This document shows, in pieces, positions 6,665-16,805 of a DNA stretch of 42,700 nt. Each line of letters opens with the position of its first letter. Position 1 is the stretch's first letter. Source of the DNA: Alphaproteobacteria bacterium. GTDB lineage: Bacteria > Pseudomonadota > Alphaproteobacteria > SMXS01. The notes below the pieces were generated by a model. The model ran no database searches. It was not told the DNA's origin and worked only from the letters and a program-made list of their open reading frames with translations. The DNA lies in NCBI GenBank assembly GCA_004356955.1, contig SMXS01000143.1:1-42700 (forward strand), in the 5' to 3' direction. The position numbers were made by a program, and so were the translations under genes.

Positions 6665-8071
6665 TTAGAGAGCCTTAACGATGTCTTCGACCATCTTCTT
6701 GGCGTCAGAAAACAACATCATTGTGTTGTCTTCAAAGAACAGCGGGTTGTTGACACCGGCATAACCAGACGCCAAGGAGCGTTTGATGAACAACACAGTC
6801 CCGGCATTTTCAACATCAAGCACGGGCATGCCATAGATCGGGCTGGACGTGTCTGTCTTGGCCGATGGGTTGGTCACATCGTTCGCACCAATAACCAGCA
6901 CAACGTCTGTCTGCGCGAACTCAGAATTGATATCTTCCAACTCGTACACATCGTCATAGGACACATTGGCTTCGGCCAGCAGCACATTCATATGGCCAGG
7001 CATACGACCTGCAACCGGATGAATGGCAAACTTCACAGATACGCCTCTTTCAGTCAGCTCATCCGTCAATTCGCGGATGGCGTGCTGCGCCTGGGCAACG
7101 GCCATGCCGTAGCCTGGCACAATGATCAGCGAACCCGCACTCTTGAGGATAAAGGCAGCGTCATCTGCATTACCGCGTTTGACGGGGCGCGTTTCCTCTA
7201 CGCCATCGGCACCAGCGGCGACTTCGCCACCAAAACCACCCAGCATCACGCTAAAGAAAGACCGGTTCATGGCCTTACACATAATATAGGACAGGATGGC
7301 GCCAGAGGAGCCCACAAGAGCCCCCGTAATGATCAGCGCCGTGTTACCCAGCGTGAAGCCAACAATGGCGCCTGCAAAGCCTGAATAGGAATTCAGGATC
7401 GCGATCACCACGGGCATATCCGCGCCACCAATCGGGATGATCAGCGTAATACCCATCAGAAAGGCCAGCGCCGTCACAGCCCAGAACCAGGTTGCGTCAC
7501 CCGTGATAACGAACATGCAGACCAACACAACCGCAGAAATCGCCATCAGCGCATTCAGCGGGTGCTGGCCCTTGAAAACAATCGGCGACCCGGAAATCAA
7601 CCCCTGCAGCTTGCCAGCGGCAATGATCGAACCCGAGAAGGTAATCGCGCCAATGATAACGCCCAGTGATGTCTCGATGGACGATCCCAGGAAAAGTGCG
7701 TTGGTCGTGGCATCAAGGATGTTGAAATCGGCAGGTGACAACACAGCGGCAACTGAAACCAGCACGGCAGCGATGCCACCGAACGAATTCAGAATGCCAA
7801 CGACCTGCGGCATGTCGGTCATGGGCACGCGCAGCGCCACCACAGCACCAATACCGCCACCCAACAGAATACCGCCGGCAATCATGCCCATGGTTAGGGG
7901 ATCGGTAATATCGCCAAGGCCAATGATAGTGACGATGATGGCAATGGCCATGCCCAGCATGGACAACAGGTTGCCGGTACGCGCCGTTTCAGGAGAAGAC
8001 AGGCTGCGAATGCCAACAATGAACAGAACACCAGAAACCAGATAGAGAATCGCTTCTAAATTTGCATCCAT
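6665..8071 (-). CDS. pntB: NAD(P) transhydrogenase subunit beta
   Basis: A polytopic N-terminal region plus a C-terminal NADP(H) domain (GYGMAVAQAQH, HPVAGRMPGHMNVLLAEA, VIGANDVTNP). Confidence 0.97.
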   Translation of the reverse strand: MDANLEAILYLVSGVLFIVGIRSLSSPETARTGNLLSMLGMAIAIIVTIIGLGDITDPLTMGMIAGGILLGGGIGAVVALRVPMTDMPQVVGILNSFGGIAAVLVSVAAVLSPADFNILDATTNALFLGSSIETSLGVIIGAITFSGSIIAAGKLQGLISGSPIVFKGQHPLNALMAISAVVLVCMFVITGDATWFWAVTALAFLMGITLIIPIGGADMPVVIAILNSYSGFAGAIVGFTLGNTALIITGALVGSSGAILSYIMCKAMNRSFFSVMLGGFGGEVAAGADGVEETRPVKRGNADDAAFILKSAGSLIIVPGYGMAVAQAQHAIRELTDELTERGVSVKFAIHPVAGRMPGHMNVLLAEANVSYDDVYELEDINSEFAQTDVVLVIGANDVTNPSAKTDTSSPIYGMPVLDVENAGTVLFIKRSLASGYAGVNNPLFFEDNTMMLFSDAKKMVEDIVKAL

Positions 8072-8080
8072 GGTTTTTCT

Positions 8081-8392
8081 CTAATTCTTCTTTTTGTACA
8101 TGGCGAGCATGCGTTGGGTGACCATAAAGCCCCCAAAAATATTGATGGATGCCAGCACGAGCGCGATGGTCCCCAGAATTTTGGACCCCATAGACGCTTC
8201 GGTCAGCAGGGGTACGCCCACAGCGATCAAGGCACCGACAACAACAACACCAGAAATGGCGTTGGACACAGACATCAACGGCGTGTGCAAGGCGGGTGTC
8301 ACGCTCCAGACGACGTAATAGCCAATGAACAGAGCCAATACGAAGATAGTGAAGCGAAAGATAAAGGGATCAATTGTTCCGACGAGTTCCAT
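8081..8392 (-). CDS. pntAB: NAD(P) transhydrogenase subunit alpha part 2 (membrane domain), 103 aa
   Basis: Three predicted transmembrane helices, the [13 protein letters not shown] motif, and a position between pntAA and pntB. Confidence 0.93.
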   Translation of the reverse strand: MELVGTIDPFIFRFTIFVLALFIGYYVVWSVTPALHTPLMSVSNAISGVVVVGALIAVGVPLLTEASMGSKILGTIALVLASINIFGGFMVTQRMLAMYKKKN

Positions 8393-8394
8393 GA

Positions 8395-9552
8395 TTACTC
8401 TCCTTCACCGACAAATTGTGGGTGTACGATTTTACCGCCAGACGTCAGCAGAATGCCGGTGACGGTTTCGTCTTCCATGTTAAAGGCAAATTCCTTGGTC
8501 TCTTCATCCACATGGGGCGACAGGAAATTCACCAGGTTGCGCGCATAGAGGCTGGACGCATCCACAGCCAGATGGCTGGGTACATTCAGATAGCCAATGA
8601 TCGTGACGCCGTTGTGGACGATGGTTTCACCCGGCACCGTCAGCTCGCAATTGCCACCGGTTTCAGCAGCCATGTCAAAAATGATCGAGCCAGGACGCAT
8701 GCTTTCGACCATCGCCTTGGAAATCAGCATCGGCGCGGGACGACCGGGGATCAGCGCCGTACAAATGGCGATATCCTGGGTTGCGATCGTTGCGGCGACC
8801 AACTCAGCCTGTTTGGCTTTGTATTCGTCGCTCATTTCCTTGGCATAACCACCAGCGGTTTCTGCGTCTTCGGTCTCGTCGCTTTCAACCATCACAAACT
8901 TACCGCCGAGCGATTCGACTTGTTCCTTGGCAACCGGACGCACATCCGTAGCACTAACAATAGCGCCCATTCGTTTGGCCGTCGCAATGGCCTGCAAGCC
9001 TGCAACACCAGCACCCATCACCAGAACCCTGGCAGGGGCAATCGTGCCAGCAGCGGTCATCATCATGGGCATGGCGCGGCCAAAATGATTGGCGGCGTCG
9101 ACAACAGCCTTATAGCCAGCCAGGTTGGACTGGGAACTCAGCACATCCATGCCTTGGGCACGCGAAATACGGGGCATCAGCTCCATAGCCATGGCGTTGA
9201 CGCCAGCGGCAGCATAGGCGTCGATGGCCTCTTTTGTCGTGTAAGGCGCCAACATGGCTATCAGGTAAGCTCCTGATTTGATGAGAGATAATTCGTCGAT
9301 CTCTCCTTCGCCTGCCAACAGCGGGCGTTGGACCTTCAGGACGATATCTGCATCATCCGCGGTCGCGCTAGCATCGGCACCGATATCGGCACCAACATCT
9401 TTATAATCCTGATCGGAAAAACTGGAGCTTTCACCGGCACCCGTTTCTACGACAATGTCAAAACCAAGGGCCATGAGCCTTTTGACGGAGTCCGGCGTTG
9501 CCGCGACCCGACGTTCATTTTCCCGGCGTTCTTTCAGTATGGCAATCTTCAT
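8395..9552 (-). CDS. pntAA: NAD(P) transhydrogenase subunit alpha part 1 (soluble dI domain, alanine-dehydrogenase fold)
   Basis: [26 protein letters not shown] and [22 protein letters not shown] (Rossmann fold). Three-gene pnt arrangement as in Rhodospirillum. Confidence 0.96.
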   Translation of the reverse strand: MKIAILKERRENERRVAATPDSVKRLMALGFDIVVETGAGESSSFSDQDYKDVGADIGADASATADDADIVLKVQRPLLAGEGEIDELSLIKSGAYLIAMLAPYTTKEAIDAYAAAGVNAMAMELMPRISRAQGMDVLSSQSNLAGYKAVVDAANHFGRAMPMMMTAAGTIAPARVLVMGAGVAGLQAIATAKRMGAIVSATDVRPVAKEQVESLGGKFVMVESDETEDAETAGGYAKEMSDEYKAKQAELVAATIATQDIAICTALIPGRPAPMLISKAMVESMRPGSIIFDMAAETGGNCELTVPGETIVHNGVTIIGYLNVPSHLAVDASSLYARNLVNFLSPHVDEETKEFAFNMEDETVTGILLTSGGKIVHPQFVGEGE

Positions 9553-9643
9553 GATCTGCTTTCTTTACCTCCCCAGAGGTGGTTTACAGCGAAAATTTGC
9601 CGCACTATATCAGACACGCGCCCCACCGCAACTATGCGGATGC

Positions 9644-11440
9644 TTAGTTTTCTAGGGATTCCAGTTCGTCGATGAAACCCGATATCATCGAAAGGCCGCG
9701 CTTCCAGAATTCCGGGTCACTTGCATCCAGCCCAAATGGTGCCAAAAGCTCTTTGTGGCGTTTGGTACCACCGGCGCGCAACAGGTCGAAATATTTTTCG
9801 ACAAAGCCGTCAGGGCTGTCCTGGTAAACAGCATACAGCGAATTCACCAGGCAATCGCCAAAGGCATAGGCATAGACATAAAAGGGCGAATGAATGAAAT
9901 GCGGGATATAGACCCAGAAATTTTCATAGTCTGGTGACAGCTCGATCCCCGGCCCCAGGCTTTCGCGCTGCACATCCATCCAGATTTCTGACAGGCGGTC
10001 TGGCGTCAACTCGCCCGACCGGCGCTCAATATGCACACGGGTTTCGAAACAATGGAAGGCAATCTGCCGCACCACTGTGTTGATCATGTCTTCGACCTTG
10101 CCCGCGATCATGAACTTGCGTTTTTGCGGATCAGTTTCTTGTGCCAGTAAAGCCTGGAAGGTCAGCATTTCACCAAACACACTGGCGGTCTCGGCCAATG
10201 TCAGGGGTGTAGACGACATCAACGCCCCCTGGGGGGCGGCCAGCACCTGATGCACGCCGTGACCCAATTCGTGCGCCAGGGTCATGACATCACGCGTACG
10301 CCCTTGATAATTCGTCAAAATATAGGGATGCACGGATGGCACAGTAGAATGCGAGAAGGCACCGCCCTGCTTGCCGGGGCGCACGCCAGCGTCAATCCAG
10401 CCCAAATCAAAGAAGCGCTGGCCAATGTCGGCCATGTCGGGCGAAAACGCGCCATAGGCCTCTATCACGGTGTCCTGGGCGTCCGACCATGTGCGTTTCG
10501 AATCGTCTTCGTTGGGCAATGGCGCGTTGCGATCCCAAAACGGAATCGAGTCCTGTCCGAACCAGGACGCTTTCAATTTGTAATAGCGATGCGACAGGTC
10601 TGCGTAGGAATCCTGCACGGCACTGATCAGGGCCTCGGCCACTTCAGGCTCTATCTGGTTATCCAGATGGCGCGATGCCGCAGGGCTGTCAAATTTGCGC
10701 CAACGATCTTCGATCTCTTTGTCTTTGGCCAGCGTATTGGTGATCAACGAAAACAGCGGCAGGTTTTGTTTGAACACGGCCCCAAGCGCCAGAGCCGCCT
10801 TTTTGCGTGTGGCCCCATCTGGATCACTAAGCAATGCCAGGCACTGTTCCTCGGTCAACGCCTCGCCATCCACTTCGAATCGCAACCCAGCAATGGTTTC
10901 ATCAAACAGACGATTCCAGGCAGCACGACCCGTGACAGATTTGTCGTGCAACAATTGTTCTGCTTCGTCAGACAATTGATGGTCACGGTACAGCCGCACA
11001 TTATCAACCCAGGGGGCGTAGTGCGCCAGCGCTGGGTCTGCCATGGCGGTATGCAGCGCATCATCTTCCAGCCGGTTGATCTCGAGGGTAAAGAACAACA
11101 ACTGAGTGCTGATATCAGTCAGGCGTTCCTGCACGCCCTGATAAAACTGGGCAATGCTGGCGTCGCCCATATGGGTGACATAGGTCAGACCGGCAAAGGA
11201 CGCGATACGGCCCATCACCTCTTCGCAGGCCTCATATTCTGCGATGGCTTGGCCAAGCTCGGCACCGGTCAGGCCTGTCAGATTGCCTTTGTATCTGGTC
11301 TCGAAAGTCGCACAATCCGTCAATAAATTGACGAACGCTGTTTCCAAGTCGGCCGAATCGATCCCCGGATACAGATCATCCAGGTTCCAACGTGGCAGAT
11401 CGCCCAGATCACCCGGATTAACGTCTGCCTCAGGCGCCAT
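9644..11440 (-). CDS. pepF: M3-family oligoendopeptidase (PepF-like), 598 aa
   Basis: HELGHGVH zinc motif, with length and overall composition typical of M3B PepF. The start is set at ATG 11440 (MAPEADVNPGDLGDLPRWNL). The ORF-track extension would overlap the DUF2312 gene. Confidence 0.88.
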   Translation of the reverse strand: MAPEADVNPGDLGDLPRWNLDDLYPGIDSADLETAFVNLLTDCATFETRYKGNLTGLTGAELGQAIAEYEACEEVMGRIASFAGLTYVTHMGDASIAQFYQGVQERLTDISTQLLFFTLEINRLEDDALHTAMADPALAHYAPWVDNVRLYRDHQLSDEAEQLLHDKSVTGRAAWNRLFDETIAGLRFEVDGEALTEEQCLALLSDPDGATRKKAALALGAVFKQNLPLFSLITNTLAKDKEIEDRWRKFDSPAASRHLDNQIEPEVAEALISAVQDSYADLSHRYYKLKASWFGQDSIPFWDRNAPLPNEDDSKRTWSDAQDTVIEAYGAFSPDMADIGQRFFDLGWIDAGVRPGKQGGAFSHSTVPSVHPYILTNYQGRTRDVMTLAHELGHGVHQVLAAPQGALMSSTPLTLAETASVFGEMLTFQALLAQETDPQKRKFMIAGKVEDMINTVVRQIAFHCFETRVHIERRSGELTPDRLSEIWMDVQRESLGPGIELSPDYENFWVYIPHFIHSPFYVYAYAFGDCLVNSLYAVYQDSPDGFVEKYFDLLRAGGTKRHKELLAPFGLDASDPEFWKRGLSMISGFIDELESLEN

Positions 11441-11675
11441 GGACGGCCACCATGTACAGCTCCAACAGGGCTTCTTGTTCCTGCCGGTCTGCTGATTCCA
11501 TTTTCCGCAGGCGAACAACCTGGCGCATAATTTTTGGGTCAAAGCCGGTGCCCTTTGCCTCGGCATAAACTTCGCGGATATCGGTTGCCAACACGGCTTT
11601 TTCTTCTTCCAGTCGTTCAATACGTTCTATCAAAGACCGCAATTGGTCCGCTGCGATGCCACCGACATCTGACAT
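11430..11675 (-). CDS. gapR: DUF2312 domain protein (GapR-type nucleoid-associated protein family), 81 aa
   Basis: MSDVGGIAADQLRSLIERIERLEEEKAVLATDIREVYAEAKGTGFDPKIMRQVVRLRKM is the characteristic DUF2312 sequence. AGGAG lies 7 nt upstream of the ATG at 11675. Confidence 0.88.
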   Translation of the reverse strand: MSDVGGIAADQLRSLIERIERLEEEKAVLATDIREVYAEAKGTGFDPKIMRQVVRLRKMESADRQEQEALLELYMVAVHGA

Positions 11676-11753
11676 GGGCAAAACTCCTATTTGGTATGAG
11701 GTGATTCAAGAAGGGGACAGTATCCCGCGCCAATTAAAATTCAACAACACAAT

Positions 11754-12554
11754 TCAAATTTCAACAACACAATAGTGCTGTACGCCAAACAGGTCTGCAT
11801 TCGCCGTAATCTCGGCCAGGCCCCGGGCCAACAATCTACCCCAAGTACGGGCTGTTTGTTCGGTGGCCACCCGATCTTGTCGTACTTCGATAACAATATT
11901 GGCATAGCCGTGACGACCGCCATGTTCGTCCATTGTATGGCCCAGTATTTTACCAGAATAGGGTTGGTTATCGCCCACGGTCAGTTGGGGGTCACGCCGC
12001 AGAAAGTCGAGAAGGGGCATGGCAAGACGCGAATCGCGATTCCACAGCAATCCAATTTCCCAGGGTCGCCCTGCCCCCTGCATAATGGGTGTGAAGCTGT
12101 GCACCCCAATGACAATAGGTGTCTGGCCCAGTGCACAGATCTTGTCCCGTTGCTGTGCAATGGCATCGTGAAAGGGTTCATAATAATGGCGTTGCCGGTG
12201 GCTGATTTCATCGCGCGACAGGTTCTGGTTCCCAGGGATTTCGATCCCGTCGCTGACTTGCGGCACGAAGCCCGGCTGCTCCGGCGACCGATTCGGGTCG
12301 ATCAACAGTCGGGAAAAATTGGCGATAATAGCGACTGCATCCAGTCGCTCTGACAGCTCCAGCGTCATGTGACGCGCGCCGATGTCGATGGCGACATGTT
12401 GGTTAAAAATGTCGTCGGGCAACCCCAGATTGGCATATTCAGCCGGAATATGCGCCGACGCATGGTCACACATCAAGATGATGGGCGACGCACCACCGAC
12501 ATTGATCAGTGAAATAGGGGTCTCGGTCGGGTCTGGAGCGTTTTCTGAGGGCAT
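11754..12554 (-). CDS. N-formylglutamate amidohydrolase family protein (PF05013-like), 266 aa
   Basis: ILMCDHASAHIP, DIGA, FSRLLIDPNR and IGVHSFTP motifs. Confidence 0.85.
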   Translation of the reverse strand: MPSENAPDPTETPISLINVGGASPIILMCDHASAHIPAEYANLGLPDDIFNQHVAIDIGARHMTLELSERLDAVAIIANFSRLLIDPNRSPEQPGFVPQVSDGIEIPGNQNLSRDEISHRQRHYYEPFHDAIAQQRDKICALGQTPIVIGVHSFTPIMQGAGRPWEIGLLWNRDSRLAMPLLDFLRRDPQLTVGDNQPYSGKILGHTMDEHGGRHGYANIVIEVRQDRVATEQTARTWGRLLARGLAEITANADLFGVQHYCVVEI

Positions 12555-12652
12555 ATCTTGTTGATTGGCAATCGATTTATCGTGGCAACACTATAACCCG
12601 AAAGCCTGCTGTGATAAGTGATGATGACAATTTGAGACGATCAGGAAGACTT

Positions 12653-14065
12653 ATGCTGCGGCAACGAAATATCAGAATTATCGCGACCCTTGGCCCGGCC
12701 AGCAGCACACAAGACATGATCAGGGCGCTTTTCGACGCCGGTGCAGATGTTTTTCGGCTGAACCTTAGTCATCTGAAGCCTGGGGACCTAGCGGCCATCC
12801 ATGCCGACATCCGGTCCGTCGAGGCAGATACAGGGCACCCTATTGGCATTGTGGCCGATCTGCAGGGCCCTAAATATCGCATTGGGGCCTTTCGCACCCA
12901 CCACGCCCATCTGAAGGCAGGACAAAAGTTCATTCTGGACCAAGACCCAAAGCCCGGCAGTTCGGTGCGGGTGTGTTTGCCGCACAAGGAAATCTTCGCA
13001 ATCCTGCAGCCGGGCGCTGATATTCTGTTGGACGATGGCAAGATCAGGCTGAAGGCCAAAAAAGTCCTGAAGTCACGCATCGAAGCCGAGGTAATCCAAG
13101 GCGGCATCCTGGGCAGTCGCAAGGGCGTCAATCTGCCGAATGCAGCCCTGCGCTCTGAACTGATGACCGATACAGATCGCGCCAGCCTGGCCACCCTGTT
13201 GGATTTGGGTATTGAATGGGTGGCGCTGTCCTTTGTGCAAAAGGCGTCCGACGTTCGCAAGCTACGCAAGATTGTCGGCGAGCGTGCCAGCATCATCGCC
13301 AAGATTGAACGACCAGAGGCCCTCAAAAATATCGAAGACATTGTCCAGGCCAGTGATGCCGTCATGGTTGCTCGTGGCGATTTGGGGGTCGAGTTGCCGG
13401 TTGAGGAAGTCCCGGGTGCGCAAAAACGTATCATCGATGCCGCCAGACGCCATGATCGACTGGTAGTGGTTGCCACCCAGATGCTGGAATCAATGGTGTC
13501 AGCCCCTGTGCCGACACGGGCTGAAGTGTCAGACGTTGCCAATGCCATCTTTGAAGGCGCCGACGCAGTGATGCTGTCAGCCGAAACAGCGGCAGGAGAA
13601 TTTCCCGTCGAGGCTGTTTCTGTCATGGACCGCGTCGGCACCGAGGTCGAACGCGACCATCACTATCGTACCTATATGAATTCCGTGCGGGACGCGCCCG
13701 CCGCGACCCGGGCCACGGCCATTACCGCAGCGGCACGCCATGCGGTAGAGGTTTTGGATGCCCGCGCCATCGTCACCTATACGACATCGGGGTCGACGGC
13801 TTTGCGGGCCGCACGGGAACGGCCAAACGTCTCTATCATTGCCCTGACACCAAAAATAGAGACCGCCCGAAAATTAACTTTGTGCTGGGGGATCAACAGC
13901 ATATTTTCTGAAGACGCGACCGATTTCACCGATATGGTTGATAAAGCCTGCAAGGCCGTCCTGGATGGAAAATTCGCCAAAAAAGACGACTATATCGCCA
14001 TTACGGCGGGCGTCCCCTTTGGGGTGGCAGGACAGACCAATGTCTTGCATCTGGCGAAACTGTAG
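12653..14065 (+). CDS. pyk: Pyruvate kinase, 470 aa
   Basis: RIIATLGPAS, FRLNLSH, MVARGDLGVE, VATQMLESM and MLSAETAAG motifs. The start is taken at ATG 12653, preceded by AGGAAG. Confidence 0.96.
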   Translation: MLRQRNIRIIATLGPASSTQDMIRALFDAGADVFRLNLSHLKPGDLAAIHADIRSVEADTGHPIGIVADLQGPKYRIGAFRTHHAHLKAGQKFILDQDPKPGSSVRVCLPHKEIFAILQPGADILLDDGKIRLKAKKVLKSRIEAEVIQGGILGSRKGVNLPNAALRSELMTDTDRASLATLLDLGIEWVALSFVQKASDVRKLRKIVGERASIIAKIERPEALKNIEDIVQASDAVMVARGDLGVELPVEEVPGAQKRIIDAARRHDRLVVVATQMLESMVSAPVPTRAEVSDVANAIFEGADAVMLSAETAAGEFPVEAVSVMDRVGTEVERDHHYRTYMNSVRDAPAATRATAITAAARHAVEVLDARAIVTYTTSGSTALRAARERPNVSIIALTPKIETARKLTLCWGINSIFSEDATDFTDMVDKACKAVLDGKFAKKDDYIAITAGVPFGVAGQTNVLHLAKL

Positions 14066-14144
14066 CCCCAAAAGCAAAACCGCCATACATTGCTGTACAG
14101 CGGCGCTTCACAATCAGGTAAACACCTGATTATTCAATTAGTTA

Positions 14145-14270
14145 TTAGCCTTGGCGCGCTTTGAAACGACCTTGGGTCTTGTTGATCACATAGACGCGAC
14201 CTTTGCGGCGAATGACGCGGCAATCACGATGCCGGTTCTTCAACGACTTTAACGAATTCTTAACTTTCAT
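14145..14270 (-). CDS. rpmJ: 50S ribosomal protein L36 (YkgO-type paralogue form), 41 aa. Absent from the ORF track.
   Basis: Hand translation [41 protein letters not shown] matches alphaproteobacterial L36. Confidence 0.9.
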   Translation of the reverse strand: MKVKNSLKSLKNRHRDCRVIRRKGRVYVINKTQGRFKARQG

Positions 14271-14371
14271 AGCGGGCTCCCGCACTAGGTAATTTTGTCG
14301 GCAACCCCGACACGGCGCGGACCCTATGATTTAGGTGCCCGCTTGTCAACATCCTATCGGCAATGATCGCG

Positions 14372-15172
14372 CTAGCCTTCGCCGCCATTGCCACCTTCGC
14401 CGCCATCGCCACCGCCCATACTATTGCCAGGCCCGGTGCCACCGCCCATGCCATCACCTGCACCGGGGCCGCTTCCATCCATGCTTCCGCCCCCGAATCC
14501 CTGGGTGCCAGGTGGGAAACAAACACCTTTATCGGGATCAGTCGGAAATTCCGGGTCGAAGAAAAATTCCCTATTATCGGTTGGCCCCAGACGACCATCG
14601 CCCTGCCCATCGCCAAGGCCGGGGCCCTGACCATCGCCACAACCGCCTGCGGGACCTTTGCGCCGCGCCTCGCCAGGAATGGCAAGAACCGGGTCATCTT
14701 TGTTTTGGCTGTTGCCAAGCAGAATAACGGCTGCAGCAGCGCCGGCTGCCAATATCATGATGCCATACGTCACCCAGGCCGAAGACCGATCGTCGCCCGA
14801 GGCGTTCAGCCGCCGGTACGATTCGGTCATACTCAGGCCATTGATCCGCAGATCCTCGACCTTGGACCCATTGAATTGCAGGTCCAGCAGCGTGGCAATG
14901 CCGCGACGATCGCCGAGTTGAACATGGCTGAATTCATAGGGCATGCGCGCGATAATCGACAGCCCCCAAGTCGCCCTGTTGGGTCTGGAGATCGGGCCGC
15001 CAAAGGGTACCTTTAAATAGGCCATGCCCGCCGATTCGTTTTCGTCCAATAGGCCGTACATCGTGTCCCCATGCATGCGATAAGATTGCTGCCAGGCAGC
15101 CGCCATCGCAACAGATGTCGAACTCATGACAAAGACGACTGCGACAACGCAGGAACATAAGGAACGAAACAT
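14372..15172 (-). CDS. Hypothetical exported/membrane protein, 266 aa. It has a signal peptide, a domain of about 110 aa, one transmembrane helix, and a C-terminal tail of about 110 aa rich in Gly, Asp and Pro.
   Basis: N-terminal MFRSLCSCVVAVVFVMSSTSVAMA, transmembrane segment WVTYGIMILAAGAAAAVILLG, and a tail with GDGQGPGLGDGQGDG...GGGDGGEGGNGGEG. GGAGA lies 7 nt upstream of the ATG. Several overlapping ORFs in other frames are low-complexity artefacts. Confidence 0.6.
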   Translation of the reverse strand: MFRSLCSCVVAVVFVMSSTSVAMAAAWQQSYRMHGDTMYGLLDENESAGMAYLKVPFGGPISRPNRATWGLSIIARMPYEFSHVQLGDRRGIATLLDLQFNGSKVEDLRINGLSMTESYRRLNASGDDRSSAWVTYGIMILAAGAAAAVILLGNSQNKDDPVLAIPGEARRKGPAGGCGDGQGPGLGDGQGDGRLGPTDNREFFFDPEFPTDPDKGVCFPPGTQGFGGGSMDGSGPGAGDGMGGGTGPGNSMGGGDGGEGGNGGEG

Positions 15173-15284
15173 TAATTTTTCTCCAACCTATGGGGATGAC
15201 GGTTAATGGGCCGTCTATTGTTAGCGGCGATGATACTGGTTTTTGGACCTGTGTCACCTCAACTCTGGATGATTCCAGTTCCGA

Positions 15285-16694
15285 TTATTTGCCAATCATC
15301 ATGTTGATCATCTTCTCCAACCTGGGGCCATAAGGCGGCTTTAACATGGCTGTACCGCCAAAGGCGCCAGCCCGGTATATCGACTTTGCGTGACTGAATG
15401 TCTTGAAGCCTGCATGACCATGATAGGACCCCAAACCACTGGGGCCGACGCCGCCAAAAGGCAACTCTTCAATGGCAACATGCATAATCGTATCGTTTTG
15501 GGTCATGCCACCAGCCGTAGTCCTCTGCATCACTTTATCGCGGTCGGCTGCATCCTTAGTGAAGTGATACAGCGCCAGCGGACGGTCATGGTCGTTCACA
15601 TAATCAATCACTTCATCAAGGTTGCTATAGGGTTTGATCGGCAGGACAGGTCCAAATATTTCTTCCTGCATGATGGCCATATCGTCCGTGACATCGAACA
15701 CCAGGGTCGGTGCGATTTTGCGCTGGTTGCCCAACTCTTCGCCAGCCGGGTTAATCTCTTGCACGCGCGCCCCTTTGGCCTTGGCGTCTTCCAGCAGATT
15801 ATTGATCCGCTCATAATGCCGGTCCGCCACAATGGATGTGTAATCAGGATTGGCCGCCAGGGTCGGGTACATCTTATGCACTTGGACGGACAGCGCATCA
15901 GCAAAGGCTTCGACCTTGCCTTCGGGCACAAAGCTATAGTCAGGCGCGATGCAGGTCTGGCCCGCATTCATTAACTTGCCCATGGCGATAGAACCCGCAG
16001 CCTTGTTCAGGTCGTAATCATCACCAATGATGGTGGGGGATTTACCGCCCAGCTCCAGCGTCACCGGCACCATATTTTCTGCCGCCGCCATCATCACCTT
16101 GCGGCCTGTGGGCGTAGAGCCTGTGAACATCAAATGATCATATTTCTGGCGGCTGAAGTCAGCGGCAACCTCGGGCCCACCGGTGATGACAGCGACGCGG
16201 TCTTGGCCAAAGGCCTCTGCCAGCATTTCCTTCATCAGTTCGGACGCGCCAGGGGTAAATTCTGACGGTTTCAGCATCACCCGGTTGCCTGCCGACAACG
16301 CCTGCGCCACGGGGATCAGCGAGAGCTGATAGGCATAGTTCCAGGGCGCCATAATCCCGATCACGCCCAGCGGCTGATAATGGATAAAGGCTTTGCCAGC
16401 TTTGAACTGCAGGGCGAGTGGGCGTTTTTCAGACTTCATCCACTTTTTGAGGTGCTTTTTGGCGTGTTTAATCGCGTTCACGGTCGACATGGTTTCGGCG
16501 ATCAGCGTTTCATGACGGCTGCGATTACCAAAATCTTCGCACAGCACATCGGCCATGCGGTCCTTGTTCTTGATGACCTGCGCTAACAGCGCATCCAGAT
16601 GGTTGATCCGTTCGTCATGGCTTGGGGGGCCTGCCCGCAAAAAGGCCTGCCGCTGCATGTCCAGAATTGCGCCAAGATCTGCTGGTGTGCTCAC
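15285..16694 (-). CDS. NAD(P)-dependent aldehyde dehydrogenase (class-3 / coniferyl-aldehyde dehydrogenase-like), 469 aa, GTG start
   Basis: APWNYAYQL, KPSEFTP, LELGGKSP, GQTCIAPDY and EEIFGPVLP motifs. AAGGAG lies 7 nt upstream of GTG 16694. The 633-aa ORF-track form is an over-extension. Confidence 0.9.
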   Translation of the reverse strand: MSTPADLGAILDMQRQAFLRAGPPSHDERINHLDALLAQVIKNKDRMADVLCEDFGNRSRHETLIAETMSTVNAIKHAKKHLKKWMKSEKRPLALQFKAGKAFIHYQPLGVIGIMAPWNYAYQLSLIPVAQALSAGNRVMLKPSEFTPGASELMKEMLAEAFGQDRVAVITGGPEVAADFSRQKYDHLMFTGSTPTGRKVMMAAAENMVPVTLELGGKSPTIIGDDYDLNKAAGSIAMGKLMNAGQTCIAPDYSFVPEGKVEAFADALSVQVHKMYPTLAANPDYTSIVADRHYERINNLLEDAKAKGARVQEINPAGEELGNQRKIAPTLVFDVTDDMAIMQEEIFGPVLPIKPYSNLDEVIDYVNDHDRPLALYHFTKDAADRDKVMQRTTAGGMTQNDTIMHVAIEELPFGGVGPSGLGSYHGHAGFKTFSHAKSIYRAGAFGGTAMLKPPYGPRLEKMINMMIGK

Positions 16695-16805
16695 GTCCCT
16701 ACTCCTTACTCTAATTGGGAAACAGGTATGGACACGCAGTGTTGCAGCTTGCTGCGCTTGTGTAAATGCGCCATGGTCTGGCCGAAATTGGCTGATGGAA
16801 TTGAA

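Noticed and set aside
10250-11326. Long antisense ORFs opposite real genes: 10250..11326 opposite pepF, 39944..41053 opposite xseA, 12769..13641 opposite pyk, 8416..9276 opposite pntAA, 7437..8045 opposite pntB
   Set aside because: Their translations are rich in Arg, Gly, His and Gln with no recognisable motifs. Each lies fully inside a gene with strong family signatures on the other strand. Such open antisense frames are typical of GC-rich coding DNA.
14260-14718. A 152-aa ORF overlapping the rpmJ start and the Gly-rich gene tail, together with other-frame ORFs 14335..14727, 14363..15016 and 14388..14630
   Set aside because: These are low-complexity frames opened by the GC-rich glycine-codon repeats. 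They lack start context. The 14372..15172 frame is the only one with a signal peptide and an SD. The 14260 ORF would run through the L36 start codon.
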